Shown: positions 22,170 to 32,969 of the stretch, one piece after another
Numbering within the stretch: position 1 is the first letter of the stretch
Layout: each line of letters opens with the position of its first letter
Assembly (NCBI GenBank): GCA_019058445.1
Contig: JAHPZA010000006.1
Coordinates: forward strand, 128,001-192,000
Origin: Promethearchaeota archaeon
Lineage (GTDB): Archaea > Asgardarchaeota > Lokiarchaeia > Sigyniarchaeales > SOKP01
Length of the DNA stretch: 64,000 nucleotides
Reading direction: 5' to 3'
The notes under the pieces: generated by a model
Told to the model about the DNA's origin: nothing
The model's input: only the letters and a program-made list of their open reading frames with translations
Database searches by the model: none
Translations under genes and position numbers: made by a program

Positions 22170-22298
22170 TTATCCTTTTCTGAATACACTTAATGTTCTG
22201 TTAGGTGTGCCTTTACGGAAGACAAAACAATACTTGTATTCTAAATTACAACTATTAGTAATATTAACTAATGCCGTTGGACGAAATTTTTTTTTCAT
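22170..22298 (-). pseudogene. truncated radical SAM gene remnant (42 aa) with degenerate CxxxCxxC
   Basis: Translates as MKKKFRPTALVNITNSCNLEYKYCFVFRKGTPNRTLSVFRKG*; the middle Cys position of the motif is Tyr (TAC). Confidence 0.6.
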
Positions 22299-22374
22299 TT
22301 ATTTCAACTCAAAATATTTCTTCTGTAAAATTGAGTTTTTATTGATATTATATAATCCTTGGAAACTTAGTGAA

Positions 22375-23016
22375 TTATCCTTTTTTGAATACGTATACTG
22401 TTGTATGCTCAAGTCCAAAAATTTTAGAACATTGAATTTCTCTACTAAACTTGAGAAGTATCATACCCATTGGAATAAATGTGTCGAGAACTTCTTCTTT
22501 TGTATAAGCTCTTGAATACATTTTTTCACCCATTATATCTACAATTGCTTCTCTATCAACATCGGCATTTTCTTCCCATGGCTCATTTAATGATAGGTAA
22601 AATAGACCTCTCTTTTTTAAGGATTGCACAATTCTCATACCTACATCTTTGAACAAGAGAGTATCAAGTAAGAGCATTGTAAAAGAGGAGAATACTCCAT
22701 TAAATTTATCTTTAAAGTCTAAATCCGTCATGGATTTTTCGATAAATTCTGCCTTTGGGACATTATTTTGAGCAATTTTTATCATCTGAGAAGAAATATC
22801 GATTCCTAATACTTTAAATCCCCTTTCTATAAACGCCTTCGCATATGGTAACCCAGTGCCAGAACCTAAATCTAAAATAAAACTCCCATTGGAGAGTTGA
22901 TTACAAAAATATTCAAAAAGAGGATTAATTTGTGCAATATTTTCCTGTTCATATATTTTAGCTACTTTATTCCAAGCATGTTTATTCAATGAAATAACAT
23001 CTGGATCTTTATTCAT
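22375..23016 (-). CDS. class I SAM-dependent methyltransferase
   Basis: ILDLGSGTG motif I, GIDIS and LKKRG. Confidence 0.9.
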   Translation of the reverse strand: MNKDPDVISLNKHAWNKVAKIYEQENIAQINPLFEYFCNQLSNGSFILDLGSGTGLPYAKAFIERGFKVLGIDISSQMIKIAQNNVPKAEFIEKSMTDLDFKDKFNGVFSSFTMLLLDTLLFKDVGMRIVQSLKKRGLFYLSLNEPWEENADVDREAIVDIMGEKMYSRAYTKEEVLDTFIPMGMILLKFSREIQCSKIFGLEHTTVYVFKKG

Positions 23017-23053
23017 AGAAATCTTTATAATAAAATTAAAAATTTAAATTCCT

Positions 23054-24034
23054 TTATTTATTATCTAATAATTTTTGAAGGATTAATGGCATTGAATATA
23101 GATCATAGTAATTATGCTCAATGATTTCTTTTATTAAGCCCACATATCTTTCAGGGTCTTTTTTATACTTTTTATAGCACACCCCTACTAAATTACTCGG
23201 TAATTCATTACTTCTTTTCCAAGATAATAGCTCTTCTTCCATTGACGTTAGCTTATAGCTATCAAACTGCCCCCTAAATTTCCGCCGACAATTCCAATAC
23301 AAGTCTACATGGTGAAAAATGGTATTACTCTGCTGAAAAGGCTCATCATTCTCTGAAATCATAGGATTTTCATCAAAAAAATATAAGAATCGATTTGCAA
23401 TATAGGGAATGTCAAAACTTCTTCCGTTATAAGTGATAAACGTTTTAAAATGGGGAAGGATCTCACTTTGCATATATTCGCAAATAGCGATTTCCTCTTC
23501 TAAATCCCTTGCAAAATATTGATGGATTTCAAATGCATCATCCTGAAAAAATCCTAATCCCATGATAATTATGGGGCTATCATACAATCCTAAGGTTTCA
23601 ATATCAATAAATAAAAGTTCCTCAAGATCAAAACAAAATAAAACGTCTAAATCATAAACATATTTATTACAGCGGAGTTTTTTATAATCCTTACACTTAA
23701 TTAACCTTAGAACTTCTCGTGCTGCTTTGTTATATTTGAGGTGAAATAAAAGATCATTAAGTGTTTTTATTCCTCTTCTGATTAATTGTTGTTCAATGTA
23801 TTCACCAATATAATATACTGTCTTGAGGTTCCGCATCAGGTTTTTTTTTGTTCTTACTAACTTCAGATTACAGGGAAAATCATTTTCTTTCCATATAATT
23901 TTCATGAAATCTCCGGATTCAACATGAATAATTTCGTGATTAGGGAAAAGTTCTTCAACTTTTTTACCTCTATACTGTTCTACTAACCGGGTAATATCCA
24001 AGCTTTCAAAGTTATAATAGTAGTCCATTGCCAC
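23054..24034 (-). CDS. ribonuclease H-like domain protein (YprB-type DEDD exonuclease)
   Basis: FIDIETLGL, TYNGRSFDIPY, HVDL and HNxxD motifs. Confidence 0.88.
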   Translation of the reverse strand: MAMDYYYNFESLDITRLVEQYRGKKVEELFPNHEIIHVESGDFMKIIWKENDFPCNLKLVRTKKNLMRNLKTVYYIGEYIEQQLIRRGIKTLNDLLFHLKYNKAAREVLRLIKCKDYKKLRCNKYVYDLDVLFCFDLEELLFIDIETLGLYDSPIIIMGLGFFQDDAFEIHQYFARDLEEEIAICEYMQSEILPHFKTFITYNGRSFDIPYIANRFLYFFDENPMISENDEPFQQSNTIFHHVDLYWNCRRKFRGQFDSYKLTSMEEELLSWKRSNELPSNLVGVCYKKYKKDPERYVGLIKEIIEHNYYDLYSMPLILQKLLDNK

Positions 24035-24139
24035 TAATAATTAAGAAGATCTATTTAATAATTTATTCTCTGACAATTTATAATAAAACTAAAAATAAGA
24101 AATAAAAAAAAAGTTTCAGGTTAAAAAAAATTAATAATT

Positions 24140-25474
24140 CTATAGGTCGATTTTAGGAATAACGTCCTCTAATTCCCTGCGTGTGGGTTTATATTTGAAG
24201 AGTCTACGAGATTCGCTATCTTCAAGCACATAATTAGATCCTCCACCATGCAGCATACAGTACGCATCAAGCAACCCTATTGGATTGGAATATTGTCTAA
24301 TAAATCCACGTCCACCCATGGTCCTGAAACAATGTGTAGCAGCTTCAAATGCTAATTCAGTGGTTTGAATTTTTAATCCCATCGCTTGAGCTGCCATTAA
24401 TTTTGAGCCTCCAAGTTCAGGGCGCTTATCTAATTCTCTCGTATAATTTATCAAAGCTGTTAATAAAAGATTCAACTGACGTATATTAGCTGAAATTGGA
24501 AATCTAATAACTTGATATTCATGTAATCTTTGTTCAAACTGTCTTCTATGTAACGCGTATGTATGGGAATATAATAGTTTCTTCATCGCATCTCCAAGAG
24601 CTTCCGCGCCTATTACCAATCTTTCTTCAGTTAACTGATGAAATGCGATATCCAATCCATTTCCCTGAAGAAGATTTTCTCTTGGGAGCTCTACTCTGTC
24701 AAAAATTAGACGACTTACAAAAGCGTCTCTCATTCCATAAGTTCTTATTCGAGCTGATCTAAAGTTTTTTAATTGTTGGTGTTCTGTATCTACAATTACA
24801 GCACCTAATGGACCGTTATTTATTCTACCATATAAAATTATATAATCGGCGATCATTCCATTAGTAATAAAGACTTTTTTTCCTTTTGCAATTACCTTAT
24901 CATCAGTAACTTGTAAATTTAGCTCCATTCGAAAGATGTCACTCCCTGCATTGAATTCAGTCATTGCCGATGCTGCTATTGCTCCATCTTTTGCAATAGG
25001 GTTTAAAAATTTTTCTCTTTGATAGTCGTTTGCCTTATAATTTACAGGATTGCAATAAAGGGTACCTCCCGCAAGGCGTCCCATCTCAATACTCCAATTT
25101 CCAGCTATATAGCGTTCACTGTAATCAGACCATCTCCCCCCACAAAGAGCATAAGCAATAAGAGCATTTCTCGTTATTTTCCCAACTTCATATTCATTTT
25201 CATTTAATGTTGTGGAATAATAACCATTTTCGGCTAGTTTTTTCATGATTTTTATAACAATATCTCGCTTTTTGTCTTGAGTAGGCTCCTCTACGTAGTA
25301 ATTTAGTTCTTCTAATGCTCTGAGATCTTTATCAAGATTTTTCTCTATGAATTCATAAAAATCAGCCAAAAACTCTTTCTCTTTCGCATTCAAAATCGGA
25401 TTTGCTAGTAAATCTAACTCTTGAACATATTTTTGAATACTAATAGGTTCAAATTCACTCAATCTGGTATCCAT
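24140..25474 (-). CDS. acyl-CoA dehydrogenase family protein
   Basis: AMTEFNAGSD, GKKVFITNG, RRQFEQ and MGGRGF motifs; the C-terminal 'I.EG' position reads LHGG. Confidence 0.88.
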   Translation of the reverse strand: MDTRLSEFEPISIQKYVQELDLLANPILNAKEKEFLADFYEFIEKNLDKDLRALEELNYYVEEPTQDKKRDIVIKIMKKLAENGYYSTTLNENEYEVGKITRNALIAYALCGGRWSDYSERYIAGNWSIEMGRLAGGTLYCNPVNYKANDYQREKFLNPIAKDGAIAASAMTEFNAGSDIFRMELNLQVTDDKVIAKGKKVFITNGMIADYIILYGRINNGPLGAVIVDTEHQQLKNFRSARIRTYGMRDAFVSRLIFDRVELPRENLLQGNGLDIAFHQLTEERLVIGAEALGDAMKKLLYSHTYALHRRQFEQRLHEYQVIRFPISANIRQLNLLLTALINYTRELDKRPELGGSKLMAAQAMGLKIQTTELAFEAATHCFRTMGGRGFIRQYSNPIGLLDAYCMLHGGGSNYVLEDSESRRLFKYKPTRRELEDVIPKIDL

Positions 25475-25631
25475 ACTAACCTTTTCTCACTTAAATTAAT
25501 AAAATTTTGTTATTATACTCTATGGTAAATATAAGTTTAAAGGTAAAAAAATTTTATAATTTTATATCAATAATAATTAAACATATAGAATTTCAGCTTT
25601 AATTAGAAATGATAAATTAAAAATAGATAAT

Positions 25632-27062
25632 GTGAAAGATATGATTAGATTTAGTGATAAGCAATTAAAAATCCCTAAATTAATGAGGCCGGTATATCTT
25701 GTTACAGCAGGTATGTCAAAATTTGATCGAGCATTTCCAGAAACTCGAACTGAAGAGCTTTGCATAGACGCTTTAACCGCAGCTTCTGATTTTGTAGGTA
25801 TGACACCAGCTGAATTAAAAAAGTACATTCATACATGCTATTATGGTCATTTCGCAGATCATTTTGGTGATCAATTGCTCGGTGAAGCTGTAATCCATGA
25901 TCGACTGGGTTTAGATCCTTTAGGGAATATAGGTGTAAAAACTGGAGGTGCTACAGGAGGTTCAGCTATGTGGGAGGCTGTAAAAGCCGTAGCTTCTGGA
26001 TATAGTGACTGTGCGCTCGCTCTTGGTTGGGAAAGGATGGATGAAGTACCCACTGATGAAGGCAACCATCTTATTTCTTGTGCCGCAGATAAAGATTGGG
26101 AAACTCCCTTAGGACACATTTATACAGGATATTACGCAGTTATGGCACAACGATACTGGAAAGTTTTTGGTAAAGAACAAGATTCTTTTAGGAAAACAAT
26201 GGCGGAAATTGCCGTAAAAAATCGTGGCTACGCTCGAATGAACCCTCATGCCCATGGGCCAATGAAAATTACTGTAGAGGATGTCACTAACTCCCCTATA
26301 GTGGCTTATCCTCTTCGGGTTTTAGACTGTTGTTTAATGAGTGTGGGATCCGCATGTGGTGTGGTGTGTGATGAAAAAACGGCATATGAAATTACGGATA
26401 AACCTCTAAGAATATATATTGCTGCGGGAAGTCATACGTTAAGAGTAGCAGATCGACGGGATATGACAATACCCCTTTTACCAAACGAAACTCCGGGGCA
26501 GTATGACGACATAGGAAAGAAATTTCCAGGTGGTGATCGATATCCTGGTTTTTCTAGCTTTTTGGCCGCACGTGTAGCCGCATATTACGCATATCACATG
26601 TCAGGTGTAGTCGATCCTTCTGAAGATCTCGATGTTGTGGAGTTACATGATGCGTTTACGATTAGTGATATCCAAACCTACGAGGATATCGGAATTCGCC
26701 CTTATGGAGAGGGAAGAGACTATATTGAGTCAGGAGATGCATATGTAATAAATCCACTTACGAAGAAACCTGGAAAACTACCAAGTAATCCATGTGGAGG
26801 ATTAATTGGTTGCATGCACGCCGTAGGGGCAACAGGACTTATGCAGATTGCTGAAATAGGGTATCATATTTGGAATCGATGGGATGAGATTCATGAGCCA
26901 GAAGAAAAATGGAAAGCCTTCGGACGAGAAAAACCAAAAGATTGGACGAGCCTTCAAGTAAAGGGAGCTAAACGCGGTTTGGCAATAAGTCATGCGGGGG
27001 TAGGTTCCCATGTAACTTGTACAATTTTAATGGATCCAAATAAATTAATAAAGGAGGATTAA
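25632..27062 (+). CDS. thiolase-fold protein lacking canonical nucleophilic Cys
   Basis: GGATGG at the C-x-S/G nucleophile position; VKNR, DCCLMS, VELHDAF and NPxGGLIGxxHAVGATG motifs. Confidence 0.88.
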   Translation: MKDMIRFSDKQLKIPKLMRPVYLVTAGMSKFDRAFPETRTEELCIDALTAASDFVGMTPAELKKYIHTCYYGHFADHFGDQLLGEAVIHDRLGLDPLGNIGVKTGGATGGSAMWEAVKAVASGYSDCALALGWERMDEVPTDEGNHLISCAADKDWETPLGHIYTGYYAVMAQRYWKVFGKEQDSFRKTMAEIAVKNRGYARMNPHAHGPMKITVEDVTNSPIVAYPLRVLDCCLMSVGSACGVVCDEKTAYEITDKPLRIYIAAGSHTLRVADRRDMTIPLLPNETPGQYDDIGKKFPGGDRYPGFSSFLAARVAAYYAYHMSGVVDPSEDLDVVELHDAFTISDIQTYEDIGIRPYGEGRDYIESGDAYVINPLTKKPGKLPSNPCGGLIGCMHAVGATGLMQIAEIGYHIWNRWDEIHEPEEKWKAFGREKPKDWTSLQVKGAKRGLAISHAGVGSHVTCTILMDPNKLIKED

Positions 27063-27065
27063 AAA

Positions 27066-27668
27066 ATGCCTAAAACAAATGAGGAAAAAGGTTTTGTTGA
27101 TATAATTAACGGGAGATATAAACCCAATGGAAAATTTCACATAATTGAAGCGAATCAACCAATATTTAATAAAGATACTGGAAAATTGGCTGGAGTGACG
27201 AACCCTAGAGACATGACCTACATCCATTCGTATGGAGGAGAGGCAATTTTCTTTGAATCGCTTGGAAAAGGAAAACTTATGGCAACTCGATGTGACAACG
27301 ATAAGTGTGAAGCAAAGGGTTCTATATTTGAACCTTTTAGAATTTTTTGTCCAGATTGCTTAAGAAAAGCTACTGTAGTCGATATCACAGAAAAGGCTCA
27401 ACAAATGGCAAAAATTCATTCCTTCATAATAACTCATCGTTCAGGCGCCTTTAATACTCTTCCAAAACCGATTAAATTTATCAACGTAGAATTCGATGAG
27501 GAAGTAGTTACTATTTTGATGAGCGTATTGTCAGTTGGTGAGCCAGAAATTGGGAAAAGAGTTGTCCCGATCTTTCGAACTAAAGATCCGACATATACTA
27601 TTATGGATCTTATGTTTGTGGTAGAAGGAACACCTGAATCGGATTTACCAGAAGGATTTACTTATTAA
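27066..27668 (+). CDS. DUF35 Zn-ribbon/OB-fold protein (thiolase partner)
   Basis: FFxxLxxGKLMATRC....C...PxRxxCPDC followed by an OB fold; directly downstream of the thiolase. Confidence 0.85.
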   Translation: MPKTNEEKGFVDIINGRYKPNGKFHIIEANQPIFNKDTGKLAGVTNPRDMTYIHSYGGEAIFFESLGKGKLMATRCDNDKCEAKGSIFEPFRIFCPDCLRKATVVDITEKAQQMAKIHSFIITHRSGAFNTLPKPIKFINVEFDEEVVTILMSVLSVGEPEIGKRVVPIFRTKDPTYTIMDLMFVVEGTPESDLPEGFTY

Positions 27669-27867
27669 TTTCCAATATTTTTACTATCCATATTTTATTT
27701 TTTTTTAATTTTTTTAAATTAGTTTGTTCAATATAACCATTTTAATTAAATTTTTCAATAAAAATGAATATCATTTAATAGGTTTCGGTGATCCACATCG
27801 ATCTATTAATCTTGTTAATTTCAAGATCTTTAATTCAATTTAAAAAAAAAAAGAAATAAAATAAATT

Positions 27868-28764
27868 TTATAATATAACAGAGCCTTCTTTTAAGTGAAA
27901 AATTTTACGTGCCTCATCAGGAGTAGCTGGCTCACGTCCAGCAATTCTAGCTACCTTTGCTGCCCATTCTACTTGTTCATAAGATCCCTTTGCTAACCCT
28001 CCATCAATGATTCGTGTATTATCCTCTAAACCTACCCTAATGTGTCCTCCCATAGGTGCGGCACACATAGCTGCGCGAAATTGATCTTTAGCTACCCCAC
28101 ACACACTCCATGTAGAGTTTGGAGGCATTAAATTAAGAAGGCTTGCGAGATTTTGGTAAGAAAATGGTACCCCTCCAAGAACCCCCCATACTAATTGAAA
28201 ATGAAGTGGCTGGGCAAAAAGGCCTTCTTGCCTGTTTAAAAATACCATATTATACATGCCGCCATAATCATACACTTCCATCTCAGGCTTCGTTCCAGCC
28301 TTTTTCATTTCTTTTGCAAACTTTTCAACCATTCGAAAATTATTAACGAAGACATTGGTATTACCCATGGTTACTTTTCCTTTTCTATGGTCGCCAACAC
28401 TGAAATTCATTGAATTGGTATTTAAGGATGCCAATGGGGGCTGAAATCTTTTAACAGGCGCGATTCTCTCTTTTTCTGTTGCTACCGCACTTATTGCGGA
28501 ACTTAGATTTATTATTATATCAGGAGCCTTTTCCTTAATAGCTACTAATACAGCTCTAATTTGTTCCAAATCGGCAGTAGGATTACCTTTTTCGGGATCT
28601 CTGGCATGGATATGCACAATTGCCGCACCTGCCTCATAGCATTTTTTCGCCTCTTCTCCAAATTCTTCAGGAGTATAAGGTACATTAGGATTTTGGGCTT
28701 TAACAGTAACAGCTCCTGCGAGTGCAGCGCTAATTACTAATTTATTCGATAAATCTTCAGACAT
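27868..28764 (-). CDS. beta-keto acid cleavage enzyme (BKACE/DUF849, Kce-like)
   Basis: PYTPEE, AGAAIVHIHARD, SMNF, KPEMEVYD and HIRVGLEDN motifs. Confidence 0.92.
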   Translation of the reverse strand: MSEDLSNKLVISAALAGAVTVKAQNPNVPYTPEEFGEEAKKCYEAGAAIVHIHARDPEKGNPTADLEQIRAVLVAIKEKAPDIIINLSSAISAVATEKERIAPVKRFQPPLASLNTNSMNFSVGDHRKGKVTMGNTNVFVNNFRMVEKFAKEMKKAGTKPEMEVYDYGGMYNMVFLNRQEGLFAQPLHFQLVWGVLGGVPFSYQNLASLLNLMPPNSTWSVCGVAKDQFRAAMCAAPMGGHIRVGLEDNTRIIDGGLAKGSYEQVEWAAKVARIAGREPATPDEARKIFHLKEGSVIL

Positions 28765-28929
28765 TTTTAATCTCTAACCTCAATAATAGTATTTTAATTT
28801 TATATTTAATGAGTAAAATAAAGTTTGGATAAATTAAAACACTACATATTTTAGGTTTTAAACCTATATTCAAAATAAAATGAATATAAAGAATAAAAAT
28901 AAGAAATTTAAGAAATAAATAAAAAAAAA

Positions 28930-29817
28930 TTAGATATTAATAGTACCTTCTTTTAGGCCTAACATTTTACGAGTTTCGTCTGGCGTCGCGGGTTCCCTGC
29001 CTGCTAATTCTGCCACTTTTACGGCCCATTCGACTTGCTCCCAAGAACCTTTTGCCAATTCACCTTTTATATTTCGAATATTATCCTCTAATCCAACTCG
29101 AATGTGTCCTCCTAAAGCTGCTGCACATAATCCCGCCTCAAATTGTTGATGAGCAACTCCACAGACTGACCACGTAGCATCTGGAGGTTTATGATTTAAA
29201 AAATATTGTAGAGTATTAATCGTAAATGGCAGACCACCCAAAACGCCAAAGACGAACTGGAAATGAAGAGGTTCCACTAGAATTTTCTTCATCTGTAGAA
29301 AGGCAATATTTTGCAGCCCTCCTGCGTCGTAAATTTCTATTTCTGGTTTGGTACCAGCTTTCTTCATCGCTTTGGCAAGACGGCCGATAAGTCGAAATGT
29401 ATTACTAAAAATCGTCTCGACTACAACATCACCCGTTTTCCAATTTCCAACTCCAAAATTCATTGAGGCTGAATTTAATGAAGCCAGCTCAGGTCCAAAC
29501 TCCTTAATAGGAGCGATTCGTTCCTTATCCGTAGCATTAATACTAATCGCAGAACTTAGGTTTATTAAAATTTCGGGACACTCTTCTTTTATAGCCTTTA
29601 AAATCGATCTATAAAATTTGAGCTCAGGAGTTGCCACCTGAGTTTCAGGATCTCTCATATGAAGGTGTACGATAGCTGCTCCTGCTTCATAGCATTTTTT
29701 GCATTCTGCAGCATACTCTTCAGGTGTGATGGGGATCGCGGGATTCTGTTCCTTCCTGGTCACCGCTCCGCACAATGCTGCTGATATTATACATTTATTG
29801 GATAAATCTTCAGACAT
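28930..29817 (-). CDS. beta-keto acid cleavage enzyme (BKACE/DUF849), tandem paralog
   Basis: AGAAIVHLHMRD, SMNF, KPEIEIYD and HIRVGLEDN; same MSEDLSNK start as its neighbour. Confidence 0.92.
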   Translation of the reverse strand: MSEDLSNKCIISAALCGAVTRKEQNPAIPITPEEYAAECKKCYEAGAAIVHLHMRDPETQVATPELKFYRSILKAIKEECPEILINLSSAISINATDKERIAPIKEFGPELASLNSASMNFGVGNWKTGDVVVETIFSNTFRLIGRLAKAMKKAGTKPEIEIYDAGGLQNIAFLQMKKILVEPLHFQFVFGVLGGLPFTINTLQYFLNHKPPDATWSVCGVAHQQFEAGLCAAALGGHIRVGLEDNIRNIKGELAKGSWEQVEWAVKVAELAGREPATPDETRKMLGLKEGTINI

Positions 29818-30113
29818 TTAATTTTCTCACTTTTTTAAAATTTTATAATTTTAAGGATTAATTAATTGATTAAAATATTGGTTTTTTCATATTTAAACTT
29901 TAAAAATAGACTGAGTTTTATTGGAAATTTATGTTAATTAGAATTTAACTGAGAACTTTATAACAAACAAATCAAATTCTTAAATTATAAGCGCAAATTG
30001 AATTTTCTAAGAAGTCTTTTGAATAAAAACTTTAATATGAAAAAAAATCATATCTAACATATCAATATTCTTTATAAAATAAATTTAAAATTAAAATATA
30101 AGAGATTAAAATT

Positions 30114-31253
30114 ATGAAAGTAGCAATTGTGGGAGTAGCCCAGACCAAATATGAGAGCAACAAAATCGATCAAACCTATATGGAGCTCACGTTTGAAGTT
30201 GTGAAGAAGCTTCACAATCAATTAGGAATAACAAACGATGACGTGGGTTCGGTAATCACTGGCTCTAACGATTTCACAGATGGTAGAACAATCGCTAATA
30301 TGGCAGTACAAGATGGTGTAGGATCCGTTCGCAAGTCGGAATCGAGAGTTTCGGGAGATGGAGCTTTTGCGTACGTTTACGCTGCTATGAGAGTTTTATC
30401 TCAGGAGTACGATACAGTTTTGGTAGTTTCGCATTCCAAGTGCTCCGAAGGGGATCAGTGCCTTATTAATAACTCAATTTTCGATCCCTTCTATCAGCGA
30501 CATTTGGGTTTGGACCAAATCTCTTCTGCTGGGTTGATGGCAAATATGTATATGAGTAAATATGGTATAACGGAAGAACAAGCGGCAAAGGTGGTAGTTA
30601 AAAACAGAAAAAATGCTTTTAACAATCCTTACGCTCATATACAGAAAGAGATAACTGTTGATGATGTTCTTAAATCGCCCATGTTAGCTTATCCATTAAA
30701 AGAATTAGATCTGCCTCCATATAGCGATGGTGCAGTAGCAATGCTCCTTGCTAATGAGGAAACCGCAAAAAAATTAACAGACACACCAGTATGGTTGAGG
30801 GGATACGCTAATTGTACTGACGCGTATTATCTAGGGAATAGAAACATGACGGATTTAATTGCATTAGAATTAGCAGCAAAGGAGGCCTACAAAATGGCGG
30901 GTATTAGCGATCCTATAAAAGATATAGATGTAGCTGAAGTGTCAGAAAATTTTAGTGCACACGAGCTTATGATTTACGAAGCCTTAGGTTTTTGCGGAAA
31001 GGGAGAAGGTGGAAAGTTTATTGATAGTGGAGAAACCCAAATGGGAGGAAAAATTCCCGTAAATCCTTCTGGAGGAGTATTATCAAGCAATGTGGCTATG
31101 GCAAATGGGTTAATTCGTGTAGCGGAGGTTGCTGAACAGTTAACGGGCAAAGCAGGAAAACGTCAAATACCTGATGCAAAAACAGGATTGGCATATGGGA
31201 TGAATGGAATATGTTCTCAAGGAAATTGCGTGTTAATTTTTGGAGGTGATTAA
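30114..31253 (+). CDS. thiolase-fold protein, Ltp4-like (no catalytic Cys)
   Basis: GSNDFTDGR and ESRVSGDGAFA resemble the Ltp4 'ESHVEMDAAW' region; VNPSGG. Confidence 0.85.
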   Translation: MKVAIVGVAQTKYESNKIDQTYMELTFEVVKKLHNQLGITNDDVGSVITGSNDFTDGRTIANMAVQDGVGSVRKSESRVSGDGAFAYVYAAMRVLSQEYDTVLVVSHSKCSEGDQCLINNSIFDPFYQRHLGLDQISSAGLMANMYMSKYGITEEQAAKVVVKNRKNAFNNPYAHIQKEITVDDVLKSPMLAYPLKELDLPPYSDGAVAMLLANEETAKKLTDTPVWLRGYANCTDAYYLGNRNMTDLIALELAAKEAYKMAGISDPIKDIDVAEVSENFSAHELMIYEALGFCGKGEGGKFIDSGETQMGGKIPVNPSGGVLSSNVAMANGLIRVAEVAEQLTGKAGKRQIPDAKTGLAYGMNGICSQGNCVLIFGGD

Positions 31254-31257
31254 AAAA

Positions 31258-32436
31258 ATGCCTAAACATGATGTAGCAATAGTAGGAATTGGTCAAACTA
31301 AATTTAGAAGTAAGAGAAGGGATGTCAATATCCCCGAAATGATTTATGAAGCTGTAAAAGCAGCTCTTGATGATGCAAATCTAGAAATCAAAGATATAGA
31401 CGCTCTATTAATTGGGAATATGGATCATTTTGAGGGAATAAACTTTAGCGAGCTGTGGACAGGTATCGATGCGTGCGGATTTTATCTCAAACCTGTGGTT
31501 AAAATAGCTACGGGAGGCACTACGGGTTCCTCATTAGGTATAAGTGGATATTATAACATTGCTTCAGGGATATATGATAAAGTATTGGTTGTAGGATGGG
31601 AAAAGCTTAATGAGGGTGGAGCAACAACAGGAATAATTACTGCTTTCGACCCAGTTTGGGAGCGACCATCTTTAGCAGGAGCTTTAGGTCCACTTGCGCT
31701 TATGGCGAACATATATGCATCAAAATACGGGATAGAGCGTTCAATGGAAGCTTCAGCTGATGTGGTTGTGAAAAATCGATCAAACGCTGCAAATAACGAA
31801 TTTGCTCATTTACAGATGCCTAATATTACGACTGATTTTGTAATGAGTTCACAGATGATTAGCTATCCATTACGCTTACACGATTGTTGCCCTCAAAGTG
31901 AAGGAGCTTGCGCAGTAATTTACGCAAACGAGAACGAAGCTAAGAAAATCACAGATAATCCTGCTTGGTTTAAAGGCGTTTCAACGGCACACTATTATAC
32001 CTTTGGATGCGATGATATTATGTATAATTTGCCTACGGCAACTATTGCTTCCAAGAAGATTTATAAAAAAGTAGGTATCAAGGATCCCATAAAAGATCTT
32101 GATGTTGCTGAAATTTACGAGCCTACTTCGTGGGCTGAGCTCGCTTGGACAGAGGCGTTGGGTTTTTGCGATTTTGGTAAGGGACATACCTTATTGGATG
32201 AAGGTATTAGTAAAATGGGTGGTGAAATGCCAGTAAATCCCTCAGGTGGCGTTTTAAGTACCAATCCAATTGGTGCGACTGCATTAGTTCGATTCGCAGA
32301 GGCAGCTATTCAAATTATGGGAAGAGGTGGAAAAAGGCAAGTCCCAGATGCTGAAGTTGCTATGGGTATGGGATTTGGTGGTAGTTTATGGACAGAATTA
32401 TGCATATTGGGCAAAGACCCAAAACCAGTGAGGTGA
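31258..32436 (+). CDS. thiolase-fold protein, Ltp3-like (no catalytic Cys)
   Basis: DHFEG, ATGGTTG, AEIYEPTSWAE and NPSGGVLSTNPIGATA; ATG 8 nt after GGAGGTGA. Confidence 0.85.
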   Translation: MPKHDVAIVGIGQTKFRSKRRDVNIPEMIYEAVKAALDDANLEIKDIDALLIGNMDHFEGINFSELWTGIDACGFYLKPVVKIATGGTTGSSLGISGYYNIASGIYDKVLVVGWEKLNEGGATTGIITAFDPVWERPSLAGALGPLALMANIYASKYGIERSMEASADVVVKNRSNAANNEFAHLQMPNITTDFVMSSQMISYPLRLHDCCPQSEGACAVIYANENEAKKITDNPAWFKGVSTAHYYTFGCDDIMYNLPTATIASKKIYKKVGIKDPIKDLDVAEIYEPTSWAELAWTEALGFCDFGKGHTLLDEGISKMGGEMPVNPSGGVLSTNPIGATALVRFAEAAIQIMGRGGKRQVPDAEVAMGMGFGGSLWTELCILGKDPKPVR

Positions 32437-32443
32437 TTATAAA

Positions 32444-32956
32444 ATGGTAAGACAAAAAGGAGAATTTCAAATCAGATGGAAAACCGATCTTCCCTATAGA
32501 TGGGCAATCGGAAAACTTGCGGTTAAATATTTTGAAGAACTTAAAAAAAGGAAAATTATGGGGTCAAAATGTCCGAAATGTGGGAAGATGTATATGCCGC
32601 CAAGAGGGGTTTGTGCTGATTGTTTTGTGGAAATGACAGTAGATGATATGGTAGAACTTTCTCGAAAAGGTACGTTAATGGGGTTCACAGTAGTGAATTA
32701 TCCTTTTGTAGATCCCAATACTGGTGCGATGAGACCGTTCCCTTATGGATACGTAATTTGTCAGCTAGATGGAGCCGATACATATCTTATGCACTTTTGC
32801 GATGAAATTGACCATACCAAATTCAAAATCGGACAGCGTGTTGAAGCCGTTTTTTGCGACGAGCTACCTAAGGATCATGAAAGTTATCGCCCTGAGTTAA
32901 AAGGTGATATCTACGACATTCCATTTATTAGACTATTAAAAGATGAGGAGGTATAA
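32444..32956 (+). CDS. DUF35 Zn-ribbon/OB-fold protein
   Basis: GSKCPKC..PPRxxCADC and QLDGAD. Confidence 0.9.
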   Translation: MVRQKGEFQIRWKTDLPYRWAIGKLAVKYFEELKKRKIMGSKCPKCGKMYMPPRGVCADCFVEMTVDDMVELSRKGTLMGFTVVNYPFVDPNTGAMRPFPYGYVICQLDGADTYLMHFCDEIDHTKFKIGQRVEAVFCDELPKDHESYRPELKGDIYDIPFIRLLKDEEV

Positions 32957-32969
32957 CGGAGGGATAAAA

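Noticed and set aside
29820-30113. Shared palindromic regulator site in lipid-operon promoters (TTAATTAA-type)
   Set aside because: It cannot be distinguished from background in very AT-rich spacers without motif statistics.
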